Shown here piece after piece: positions 30,301-38,141 of a DNA stretch of 64,000 nt. The position numbers and the translations under genes were made by a program. Source of the DNA: Phycisphaeraceae bacterium (GTDB lineage Bacteria; Planctomycetota; Phycisphaerae; Phycisphaerales; Zrk34); the NCBI GenBank assembly GCA_040905565.1, contig JBBDRF010000087.1, positions 1-64,000 of the forward strand, given 5' to 3'. The first letter of the stretch is position 1. Each line of letters begins with the position of its first letter. The notes under the pieces were generated by a model that had not been told where the DNA came from, did no database searches, and worked only from the letters and a program-made list of their open reading frames with translations.

Positions 30301-30463
30301 CTTTGCGTTTCCGGGGCTTCGGGATCGGCGTGATGAACTCCGCGCGGCGGCGATTCTCGGTGATCTGCTGAGTAGGTTGGCCGCTATCATCGAGTTCCCA
30401 ATGGCGGACTGGATACTCATACGGAGAGTTCAGGATCGGATCGTCAAAGAATTGATTGTGCAT
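27386..30463 (-). CDS. res: Type III restriction endonuclease Res (BPTD_3080-like)
   Basis: PILNSPYEYP.RHW; LATGAGKT, DEAHH, SAT, EQVIGRALRR; PDFIV...IVEIKG. Confidence 0.92.
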   Translation of the reverse strand: MHNQFFDDPILNSPYEYPVRHWELDDSGQPTQQITENRRRAEFITPIPKPRKRKGSKQQELVFDEGKGLSNEEQQYDPTPIINKIRQHVDEWRAWPNPAEWQVTPETARLLQHWRHHKFNEIRPFFCQMEAVETAIWLTEVAPKLGKAGKPFSEHLAAANEQANPGLMRLALKLATGAGKTTVMAMLIAWQTINSVRRPNSKKFTHGFLVVAPGITIRDRLRVLQPNDPDSYYQSRELVPSDMLSDLNRAKIVITNYHAFKLRERMDLSKGGRSLLQGRGEAIDTLETEGQMLQRVMPDLMGMKNILVLNDEAHHCYREKPGPVDEGELKGDDRKEAEKNSEAARLWISGLETVNRKLGLARVFDLSATPFFLRGSGYAEGTLFPWTMSDFSLMDAIECGIVKLPRVPVADNIPGEDMPKFRNLWEHIGKRMPKKGRGQGKSLDPLSIPVELQTALEALYGHYEKTYHLWQEKNIKVPPCFIIVCNNTATSKLVYDYVSGFQRENDDGSSALVNGRLELFRNYDEHGNQLARPNTLLIDSEQLESGDALDKNFRDMASDEIERFRREIVERTGDRRDAENITDQDLLREVMNTVGKPNRLGGSIRCVVSVSMLTEGWDANTVTHVLGVRAFGTQLLCEQVIGRALRRQSYQLNEDNRFNVEYADVLGIPFDFTAKPVVAPPQPPRETVQVKAMRPERDALEIEFPNVRGYRVELPEERLEAEYNDESILELTPDLVGPSITQNQGIIGEGVDLSLDHLDQMRRSTILFHLTRRLLYTKYRDPGEEPELHLFGQLKRVTKQWLDNYLVCKGSTYPGLLIYQELADRACEKITAGITRKFVGERPIKAVLDPYNPTGSTANVNFNTSKEHRWETDSRRCQINWVVLDSDWEAEFCRVAESHPRVKAYVKNHNLGLEVPYRYGPESRIYIPDFIVLVDDGQGEDDPLHLIVEIKGYRREDAKVKKETMDTYWVPGVNNVGNYGRWAFAEFTDVYEMQDDFEARIEAEFNKMIDAAATQLTTGSADAQA

Positions 30464-30944
30464 TCGCGCGTTTCCCTCAGACACACTTCCACGGGCCCAC
30501 CGCTTGGTAACCCACCCGTGAGATCGCCAATGCCTGCGCCTTTGCCGGGCTTAATGTTGACCTTTTGAGATACGCTGAAGTGCTGCGTGCTGATCGGCGG
30601 GGCATACGGTAGCACGGAGTTGGCCATCTCTCAGGTCCTGCGTCTGAGGGGCATCAGCCCCGGACGATCGAGCAGGTATAGCCGCCATTTCACCGTTGAT
30701 AACCACTTGTGTCAACATTCGCAGTGACAGCACCTTGGCAGCGGCCGCAACATTTCGCTTCGGGCCCGCAAGATCTTCCGCACCTGGTGTTGGCTGCGCA
30801 ATGCAAACGGCGCGAGTCGCTCAGCAGCGTAATACGGGGAGAGCTCGCCTGATTCGCCAGACGGGGCCCTCAATCTGAGGGATGGATCTGGTTTCCGCAG
30901 GCAGAAATTACAGCGCTCCTTGAAGACAAGCCGATGAGCGTTGG

Positions 30945-31169
30945 ATGAGGATTGGTTCAACGCTCAGGAAGGCAAGGGAGGAAGCCGGCTACACCCAGAC
31001 CGAACTCGGCGAGGCAGCTGGTATCCACCGCACCTACCTTTCAGATCTGGAACGCGATCGGAAGTCACCGACGCTCGATGTCTTTGTGCGCATCTGCAGG
31101 GCGCTGAAGATATCACCTACTGAGATGATGGCAAACCTCGAGCGCGCTAACAGACGATCCAGCCGTTAG
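30945..31169 (+). CDS. XRE/Cro-C1 HTH regulator (controller-protein-like)
   Basis: LRKAREEAGYTQTELGEAAGIHRTYLSDLERDRKSPTL. Confidence 0.9.
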   Translation: MRIGSTLRKAREEAGYTQTELGEAAGIHRTYLSDLERDRKSPTLDVFVRICRALKISPTEMMANLERANRRSSR

Positions 31170-31245
31170 CCACCGATCGGCCGTGACAAGGCCGCCCTTC
31201 GCATCGCGACTGATCCCAAAGTTTTTTTTATCGCAGTGGACGCCG

Positions 31246-31287
31246 TGCATGTTATTGACTACACTGGCTTGCATGCTATTGACTGCA
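31246..31287. promoter_or_regulatory. Tandem 18-bp direct repeats containing TTGACT (candidate operator/promoter)
   Basis: TGCATGTTATTGACTACA (31246-31263) and TGCATGCTATTGACTGCA (31270-31287). Confidence 0.6.
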
Positions 31288-31313
31288 TCGCTTCGGTAAT
31301 GGAGGCAACCAAG

Positions 31314-31829
31314 ATGGACCGCACAGGTGATCGAGCGAGCTACGACGGGCGTGAGTTAACGGACGGAACGATGGAAGGTCTTCTCCCCCATGAATTCCAC
31401 GTGCACGACGCTGGCTCGGCGTCGTGGCTGGTTCGGCGGGTGGTCGAAGCGCGGGAGTATGCGAAGCGGGTGAGGGATTGGGCGGAGCGGGAGCAGCGGC
31501 GGGCGGGGCAGGAGGAGGAGTTTTTGCTTTTCCGTTACGGGAAGCAGCTTGAGTACTGGGCTGCGGGGGAGATTGAGCGGCAGCGTGGGAAGCGGCGGTC
31601 GATTGGGCTGCCTGGCGGGACGGTGGGTTTTCGGAAGGTGGGGGCGCTGCTGGTGATTGAGGATGAGGCTGCTGTACTGGCGTGGGCGCGTCGGCATCTG
31701 GTTGAAGCCGTCGTCGTCACCGAAAAAGTTTCGAAGTCGACGCTCAACGAACACCTGAAGGAGACGGGGGAACTGCCTCCGGTCGGCATCCGCATCACAG
31801 AGCCGTTCGATCGATTTTACATCAAATAG
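31314..31829 (+). CDS. Mu Gam-like host-nuclease inhibitor family protein
   Basis: RBS GGAGG; F.V.D...A.W, coiled coil, KRRSIGLPGGTVGFRK, KVSKSTL, DRFYIK. Confidence 0.78.
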   Translation: MDRTGDRASYDGRELTDGTMEGLLPHEFHVHDAGSASWLVRRVVEAREYAKRVRDWAEREQRRAGQEEEFLLFRYGKQLEYWAAGEIERQRGKRRSIGLPGGTVGFRKVGALLVIEDEAAVLAWARRHLVEAVVVTEKVSKSTLNEHLKETGELPPVGIRITEPFDRFYIK

Positions 31830-31867
31830 GCGGCCGCCGGCCGTTCCCCTTTTTCAAGGAGTCCCCC

Positions 31868-32641
31868 ATGCGTGTTTCGTGTTACCTGCTGCTGAGTCAA
31901 TATGAACGTCACGACGATAAACGTTGTGCATGCCCGATCCGAATGCGACTGACCTCGCCTGTCGGCTGCGGAGGTATGAGCGGCACCATCGTTGTCGATC
32001 TTGCCGGGGACTTGCCCGACATCTATGTTGAGGATCTGCACACGGATCTACCGCTCGATGAGGATTTCTGCAGCGACCTCATGATCGCGGCATACGGGAA
32101 TTGTGCGGACACAGCACACCTCGGGGCCGGCGACATCCACTGCCCACTGCCCAGCCTTGCGCTGCTGATGGAACAATGGTACAAGCCGTTCGCCGCTCAA
32201 CAGAAGATTCAGCAGATCGCGCACGCGCTGCGACTCGCGTCGGGTGGCCTGAGTGCGCCCGAAGATGACGATCCGCTCTGGCATCTGGAGATACGCGACA
32301 TGACCGACCGTGAGCACCCCGCGCGGAAGCTGACGCTGCTGCGCCTGCACTACCGGCCGTTGGGACTGGAGCTTGTTTCGGTGATCACGGCCGTTGAAAA
32401 CCAGCCGGGGCTCAGCGATGAGAACATCAGCAACGACCTGCTGCTGCCGGCGGCGATCGTGCAGCAAATCATGGTCAGACTCTACAAGCAGCACGCGGGG
32501 AAGTCCCTCCCGATCGACGGCAGCAGCGTGATGCGATTGGATTTCGAAGCGGCGGTCGGCGAACTCCTACCCAAGGCCGACGCCGATCGGACGCTGTCGC
32601 TGATCGCCCGCGCGATCGGGTTTCAAGCCCAGCCCAGTTGA
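31868..32641 (+). CDS. Hypothetical protein (257 aa)
   Basis: RBS AAGGAG; fills the gap between gam-like and radA-like genes; no family recognised. Confidence 0.7.
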   Translation: MRVSCYLLLSQYERHDDKRCACPIRMRLTSPVGCGGMSGTIVVDLAGDLPDIYVEDLHTDLPLDEDFCSDLMIAAYGNCADTAHLGAGDIHCPLPSLALLMEQWYKPFAAQQKIQQIAHALRLASGGLSAPEDDDPLWHLEIRDMTDREHPARKLTLLRLHYRPLGLELVSVITAVENQPGLSDENISNDLLLPAAIVQQIMVRLYKQHAGKSLPIDGSSVMRLDFEAAVGELLPKADADRTLSLIARAIGFQAQPS

Positions 32642-32662
32642 CTCCCAAAAGAGAATTACCCG

Positions 32663-33949
32663 ATGCGACCTTTTGATCATGCAACCCCTGCGCAGCGTGA
32701 TGAGCGCGCCAATCTGCTCTCGACGCCGAACGAGCAACTGAACAGTCTGGAGCTTTCTGACGAACTCGACTTCTTGAGCGACGCTGTCCATCGATTCAGC
32801 GCCGGCGGGCTGTATCTGTACGCAGGCGCACCCGGCGGAGGGAAGTCGACGCTATCGCTGCAGACGGGGCTTGATCTCGGCCGGCGGGGCGTACCGTCGC
32901 TTTTCATCCTGACGGAACAATCGGCGGCATCAGTGAAGGCGCGGGCCCAACAGATGTTGAGCGAGCAACTGCGAGATGAAGCTGATCGCGCGATGAGCAT
33001 GATCAGTGTGGAACCGAACGTGCGCGACATCACAATGCTCCCCACGTTCGCGATGCACGAAGTTCTCCATCCCAGCGGCAAATACCACGGCGTCAAGCTC
33101 ATCGTCCTCGACAGCATCCAGGGCGAAGGCTTGGCCTCCGCTGCGACGAAGGCGTATTCGAAAGTGCTGGAATTCGGCCGCATGTGCACCCGTGAAGGCA
33201 TCACCGTCATCCTCGTCTCGCATGTAACCAAGCGTGGCGAGATCGCGGGACCCAAAACGCTGGAGCACGGTGTCGACGTCTCGCTCGTCCTCCGTAAAGC
33301 GATGATGTACACGCTGCTGAGCGTGCGGAAAAATCGCTTCGGCCCCACACAATTGCGCGGCATCCCGCTCATGATGGAACCGAGCACCACCCGCTTCGTG
33401 AAAGCCCTCCACGCGCACGCCCAGCCCAGTGCCGCCAATACTTACGGCGGCGCAACGATCGGCATCCGACAGGTTCAGGTCGCCATCTCCGTCCCACCCG
33501 ATGGCCAGCGTGCGAAGGTCACAGCCCCAGGTTTGCCGCGGAAGGAAATCGACCAACTCATCGGCTGTATTAATCAGATCGAAGGCCTCGATCTCAGCGA
33601 ACTCGACCATCGCATCCAGTGTCGCATGCCGCGATCGGGGCAGTATCTGACGTATTTCTCGCTGCCGCTCTGCATGGCGATGATCAGTTCCTATGCGCGG
33701 CTGCCCATCCCACAAAACCACCTCTACCTTGGCGAAATCGACCTGTTCCGAAAAGTCCTCGACGTCCCGCTCGACGTGCTGACCGATTTGATTGCGACGA
33801 TCGATAATGCGGAGATCGCAACGCCACTCAAGGTCTTCGCACCACCGTCCGCAGAGGCGTATCTCTCAGACGCTCGCGAAGGCGTGAAGGTCATCTCCTG
33901 CTCCACACTTGAAGACGCCATCGGTCAAACATGGCCGAATCTCCGCTGA
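32663..33949 (+). CDS. RadA/Sms-like ATPase lacking the N-terminal C4 zinc finger
   Basis: GAPGGGKST, VLDSIQ, HVTKRGEIAGPKTLEHGVD, KNRFG, Lon-like C-terminus (LGEIDL). Confidence 0.85.
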   Translation: MRPFDHATPAQRDERANLLSTPNEQLNSLELSDELDFLSDAVHRFSAGGLYLYAGAPGGGKSTLSLQTGLDLGRRGVPSLFILTEQSAASVKARAQQMLSEQLRDEADRAMSMISVEPNVRDITMLPTFAMHEVLHPSGKYHGVKLIVLDSIQGEGLASAATKAYSKVLEFGRMCTREGITVILVSHVTKRGEIAGPKTLEHGVDVSLVLRKAMMYTLLSVRKNRFGPTQLRGIPLMMEPSTTRFVKALHAHAQPSAANTYGGATIGIRQVQVAISVPPDGQRAKVTAPGLPRKEIDQLIGCINQIEGLDLSELDHRIQCRMPRSGQYLTYFSLPLCMAMISSYARLPIPQNHLYLGEIDLFRKVLDVPLDVLTDLIATIDNAEIATPLKVFAPPSAEAYLSDAREGVKVISCSTLEDAIGQTWPNLR

Positions 33950-33968
33950 TTATCAGGAGATCGCACCC

Positions 33969-34142
33969 ATGAAAAAAAGTTTGAAAAAGAAAAAGGACAA
34001 TTCTCATTCCTCCTCGAAATGGAAGTACAGGGTCGCCGCTCGACCGCTGAGTGAAGCGGAAGAAGAGCGACTCGTGGAAACGATTGATCTATTTCTGGCG
34101 GAGTTTATCCGTCGAAGATCTCAACAGGAGGACTGTAAATGA
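33969..34142 (+). CDS. Small hypothetical protein coupled to the serine recombinase
   Basis: RBS AGGAG; 57 aa; stop overlaps the recombinase start. Confidence 0.5.
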   Translation: MKKSLKKKKDNSHSSSKWKYRVAARPLSEAEEERLVETIDLFLAEFIRRRSQQEDCK

Positions 34143-36103
34143 AAACAGGGAATATCAGAGGAATGAGCTGCGTCGTGCTAAAGCGATGCAGTAGTGCCGC
34201 GCAGATCGGCACCAGCATCAACAATCAGGGCCGAACCACCGAGGACTGCGTCAGCGAATACGACCTGCGGGTCGTGGAAGAGGTGCTGCTGGAGGGCGTG
34301 ACGGGATCGGTGCCGTTTGTTCGGGATGACATCGAAAGCATCATCTCCCGAAAACGTAGGAAAAACGACTTCAGCTTGCTCGTCTGTCAAGACGTCACGC
34401 GGTTCACGAGAGCGGGTCAGGGCCACGGGCAGAAGCTCATCTATGATCTGAGAGCGGCAGGGATCCAGGTCTACTTCGTGGCCGAGGACCTGCTCATCAA
34501 TAACGAGATGGCGGAGATGTACGTCTCGTTTCTCTTCAGCGCCGCACGTGAGAGCGTGAAGCGGATCGCCTACGGATCGACCTCAGGGAGTACCAGCAGT
34601 TTTCGCGACGGTCGCTCCCCACACTCCCGGGTGCCGCCCTACGGGTTGGATCGGATGTACTCAGACGATGGCGGTGATCGTCACGTCATCCGCAATCTCG
34701 CCGACGGCACACAGGAGCAGCTTGATCCCAAGACGGGCGAGGTAATCCGACGCTTCGGTCGTAACGATCGAAAAGGCGTGCCGAACCATTACATCAAGCA
34801 AAAGAGTGAGGTGCCTCGCTACGTGCCTGGCGATCCGAAACGGGTGGCCGTGCTTCAAATGATGTTTTACCTGCATGATGTGCAAGGCCTGAGCGCGGGC
34901 CAGATCGCTCGCCGGCTAAACGACGCAGGAGTCCTCTCGGCAACGGGCAAGGACTGGTGGACAGGTGTTGTCCAGAACATTCTGAACAACCCCATCTATG
35001 TCGGCCTCGGCATTCGCCATCGTGAGGCCACAGGCATCTACTACAACGGTGGGAATGGCCAGCCGATTCCTTCTGAAGTCGATCTTCAGGAGCTCGCGAA
35101 CCGCAAACGACCCAAGAAGCGAAAAAGGAAACGGGACGAGTGGATTGAGAAACCGCAGCCGCACCTGAAGGACCTCCTGCCACCCGACGTGCACAACCTG
35201 GCCAAGCGTCGCATTGAGCGATTGCTCGAAGCTGAAGCGGATCCAAAGCCTCCCAAGCCGAACCGTGACCGCCACCTGCAGAGCCGGTACTGGCTGAAAC
35301 ACTTTATCTTCACCAAGCAGGGCCAGCACCCGATGACCGGCCGCCAAGGCGGCAAGAAAGGCTACGAGATCCGCTACTACGCCGTCGCCCGTGGTGCGGG
35401 CGTGCCCAAATCCGACAGTGTCCTCGGCAGGCGTGTGCCGGCGGAGCCGCTGGAGCGAGCCGTGATGGATGTCGTGCGGGCGGTCCTTCTGAACAAGTGC
35501 GACCTGCTCACGGGAATGACAAAGCTTCTCGAACAGCAGCGGCTAAAGCGCGACCAAGCGACAGCGATTAACAGCATCGATCAGGATCGGCGGGAGCTTA
35601 CACGCTGCAAGAAACAACTCGCCAGCCTCGTCGACGACATCGCCGTTGACGATGAGGAGGACGATCCGTTGGTTGGCAAGATCGACGCAATCAAGCGGAA
35701 GATCCAGATCCTTCAGCAGCGCATCGAGGGCGCCAAGCCGAAGTCTGACGTTCGGCCGGTCAACCCGATGAGCAACGCCCAGAAGCTGGTCGGCGAGTTG
35801 CACCACTTCGGCGAGAATCTCAAACCCGAGGACATCGCAGGCGTGCGTGCCCTGCTGAAGATCCTCATTGACCGCATCGAGGTCGACCTCGAAACGAAGG
35901 AGGTCGAAATCGTCTTCGCTCTCCCCACGTGGATGGCTGGCGTCCTCAGCAGCGGCGACGGGTTGGGCCTCGATCAACTCTCTGCATACAGACCATCCAT
36001 CGAGGCCCACCTCGAAAACGGCGTCATCCTCGCCACATTCCACTGCAAGCTGGAGGGCAAACGCACCGACCGCTGCTTCAAGTGCAGCAGGAGGGCCGCA
36101 TGA
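34139..36103 (+). CDS. Large serine recombinase
   Basis: KRCSS..Q..S...Q catalytic motif, DVTRFTR, PPYG, IARRLN...W....V..ILNNPIYVG, coiled coil. Confidence 0.88.
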   Translation: MKTGNIRGMSCVVLKRCSSAAQIGTSINNQGRTTEDCVSEYDLRVVEEVLLEGVTGSVPFVRDDIESIISRKRRKNDFSLLVCQDVTRFTRAGQGHGQKLIYDLRAAGIQVYFVAEDLLINNEMAEMYVSFLFSAARESVKRIAYGSTSGSTSSFRDGRSPHSRVPPYGLDRMYSDDGGDRHVIRNLADGTQEQLDPKTGEVIRRFGRNDRKGVPNHYIKQKSEVPRYVPGDPKRVAVLQMMFYLHDVQGLSAGQIARRLNDAGVLSATGKDWWTGVVQNILNNPIYVGLGIRHREATGIYYNGGNGQPIPSEVDLQELANRKRPKKRKRKRDEWIEKPQPHLKDLLPPDVHNLAKRRIERLLEAEADPKPPKPNRDRHLQSRYWLKHFIFTKQGQHPMTGRQGGKKGYEIRYYAVARGAGVPKSDSVLGRRVPAEPLERAVMDVVRAVLLNKCDLLTGMTKLLEQQRLKRDQATAINSIDQDRRELTRCKKQLASLVDDIAVDDEEDDPLVGKIDAIKRKIQILQQRIEGAKPKSDVRPVNPMSNAQKLVGELHHFGENLKPEDIAGVRALLKILIDRIEVDLETKEVEIVFALPTWMAGVLSSGDGLGLDQLSAYRPSIEAHLENGVILATFHCKLEGKRTDRCFKCSRRAA

Positions 36104-36357
36104 TTCGCTTTGCGTTTCGATTTGATGGACGAGGCCCTTTCGTGTGCGGTCGGAACCGTCCGCTGAAAAACGCGGACTTTTTTGGGCAGTTCCCATATTC
36201 GGCAAGTGGCTTGTGCGTAATGGTTTGTAGGCAAATTCGCTACAGAGAGAATGGCTGGATTTTAGTGGAACCCGAAGGGGCTGCATCAACTCCTGTCGAG
36301 ACGTCAGTAGCTGCGGCAACGTGTCGCTGCATTACTGACCCTCAAATGGAGATTCGA

Positions 36358-36621
36358 ATGAAGAGCAAAAGAAATCAACCCAAACCAACCACTGACTCGG
36401 TGGCCCTGCAGGAGTTCCTCAAATCTGGCGGCGTGGCGGAGCTACTTGGGGTATCGGAGCGGACGGTGTTTTCGCTCCGCCAGGAGCACGAACTGCCCTA
36501 CATTCCCGTCGGCAACTCGATCCGGTATTCACGGGAAGCCGTCATTAAGTGGGCCAACGGGCGGCAGCGCGTGAACCGCACGGAAGGGGAAGGAGAGAGC
36601 CGTGGCAAGCATCACGAATGA
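36358..36621 (+). CDS. Excisionase-like HTH_17 protein
   Basis: FLKSGGVAELLGVSERTVFSL....LPYIPVGNSIRYSREAVIKW; overlaps the integrase start. Confidence 0.85.
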   Translation: MKSKRNQPKPTTDSVALQEFLKSGGVAELLGVSERTVFSLRQEHELPYIPVGNSIRYSREAVIKWANGRQRVNRTEGEGESRGKHHE

Positions 36622-37897
36622 TGGCAACGGCCACCGGCGAATTCAGTTCTTCGATGCGAAGGGAAAGCGGAATGCGATCCGTCTGGGTAAGGTCAGCCAA
36701 CGCAACGCTGAAGCGGTGAAGGTCAAGGTCGAGGCACTCGCGAGTGCTTCGACCTTCGGCCACACTGCGGACGATGAATGCCTCCGCTGGGTTATGAATC
36801 TCAGCGACGACCTGCACGCCAAGCTTGCGAAGATTGGCTTGGTTCCATCGCGCAGCGGCACGCGGCTTGGGCCTTTCATCGAGGAGTACCTTGACCGCCG
36901 GCACGATCTGAAGCCGAACACGATGAAGAACCTGAAGCAGGCTCGTGACAAGCTGGTCGACTTTTTCGGTGCTGATCGTGACATGCGGACCATCAACAGC
37001 GGTGAAGCGGAGCAGTACCAGCGCGACCTGCTGCGTGACCTGGGCGACAACACGGTCCGAGGCCTGATCAAGAAGACGCGTCACTTCTGGAAAGTGGCGA
37101 TTAAGCACGAACTGCTGATCCGCAATCCGTTCGATGAAATCCCGGCGACGGTTCGCGCCAACCCGAAGCGGTACTACTACATCACGCGTGAAGAGTCCGA
37201 CGTGGTGCTCGCAGCCTGCCCGGATGTTCAATGGCGGATGATCTTCGCCCTCTGCCGTTTCGGTGGCCTGCGGTGTCCGTCGGAGGTGCTGGCTTTGCGA
37301 TGGAGCGATATCGACTGGGAAGCCAGCCGCATCCGTGTGCCGAGTCCGAAGACTGAACGTAACGAAGACGGCGACCATCGCATGCTGCCCATGTTCGTCG
37401 AACTGGCCGAGCACCTCGGCGATGGCTTCAAGGCCGCCACGGATCAGGACGGTTTCGTCATCACCCGATATCGGGATTCCAACAGCAACCTCCGCACGCA
37501 GCTTCACCGCATCATTGAGCGGGCGGGCCTGAAGCCTTGGGATAAAATATTTCAGAACCTGCGATCGACCCGGGAGACGGAACTCGTCGACGAAGGCTTC
37601 CCGTCGCACGTGGTCTGCAAATGGATCGGCAACTCCGAGCCTGTGGCGATCAAGCACTATCTTCAGATCACCGACGAGCACTTTGAGCGGGCGATTCGTC
37701 GCACCACGGCCGGCCAATCAGCAGCGGCTGAGCGGGTGGCTGAGGACCTTGAGAAGGCGAAAAAAGCGGCGCAGAATCCGGCGCAGCAGGTGCACGAAAC
37801 CCGGGAAAATGACATGCAAGGCCCGGAAACGAAAAAACCGCAAGCGCCGGCCAATGCCGATACTTGCGGCTCATTTCGCTCTAAGTCGTTGCCCTGA
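36602..37897 (+). CDS. Tyrosine integrase
   Basis: GGLRCPSEVLALRWSDID, PKT, FQNLRSTRET, WIGNS..VAIKHY; adjacent to tRNA att. Confidence 0.93.
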   Translation: MASITNDGNGHRRIQFFDAKGKRNAIRLGKVSQRNAEAVKVKVEALASASTFGHTADDECLRWVMNLSDDLHAKLAKIGLVPSRSGTRLGPFIEEYLDRRHDLKPNTMKNLKQARDKLVDFFGADRDMRTINSGEAEQYQRDLLRDLGDNTVRGLIKKTRHFWKVAIKHELLIRNPFDEIPATVRANPKRYYYITREESDVVLAACPDVQWRMIFALCRFGGLRCPSEVLALRWSDIDWEASRIRVPSPKTERNEDGDHRMLPMFVELAEHLGDGFKAATDQDGFVITRYRDSNSNLRTQLHRIIERAGLKPWDKIFQNLRSTRETELVDEGFPSHVVCKWIGNSEPVAIKHYLQITDEHFERAIRRTTAGQSAAAERVAEDLEKAKKAAQNPAQQVHETRENDMQGPETKKPQAPANADTCGSFRSKSLP

Positions 37898-37910
37898 AAG
37901 GACTTACAAG

Positions 37911-37983
37911 TACCCCCTAGGGGAGTCGAACCCCTGTTTTCGGACTGAGAATCCGACGTCCTGGGCCACTAGACGAAGGGGGC
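37911..37983 (-). tRNA. tRNA-Glu(CTC), CCA not encoded
   Basis: GCCCCCTTCGTCTAGTGGCCCAGGACGTCGGATTCTCAGTCCGAAAACAGGGGTTCGACTCCCCTAGGGGGTA folds as a cloverleaf with anticodon CTC. Confidence 0.97.
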
Positions 37984-38141
37984 GGGTATTTGCGGCATTG
38001 TATCGTGAGGCGAACGGCGGTCAAGGTGGTGCGATCGGGCGGCGGTACCCACAGCGGGACGCCGCGGGGTTCGGGGGAATCTTGTGCGGTCGCAACCGGT
38101 GGGGGTGGGACGGGGTACACTTTGATAGGACGGAGGTCGCG

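Larger units (their letters stand above)
7479..37931. mobile_element. tRNA-Glu-integrated genomic island (~30.4 kb defence island)
   Basis: 21-bp direct repeats, integrase and excisionase next to the tRNA, defence/nuclease cargo. Confidence 0.92.

Noticed and set aside
30485..30944. Short ORFs between res and the XRE gene
   Set aside because: No recognisable motifs; more likely a divergent promoter region
32663..33949. Housekeeping radA
   Set aside because: No zinc finger, divergent, and located inside the island; no gene symbol assigned
35929..36357. N-terminal extension of the excisionase ORF
   Set aside because: Overlaps the serine recombinase and intergenic DNA; the HTH_17 domain starts near 36358
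7479..37931. Prophage or conjugative ICE
   Set aside because: No terminase, capsid, tail, relaxase or T4SS genes recognised
37683..38141. Long N-terminal extension of the desaturase ORF
   Set aside because: Overlaps the integrase and the tRNA; likely start is GTG 38142 after GGAGG
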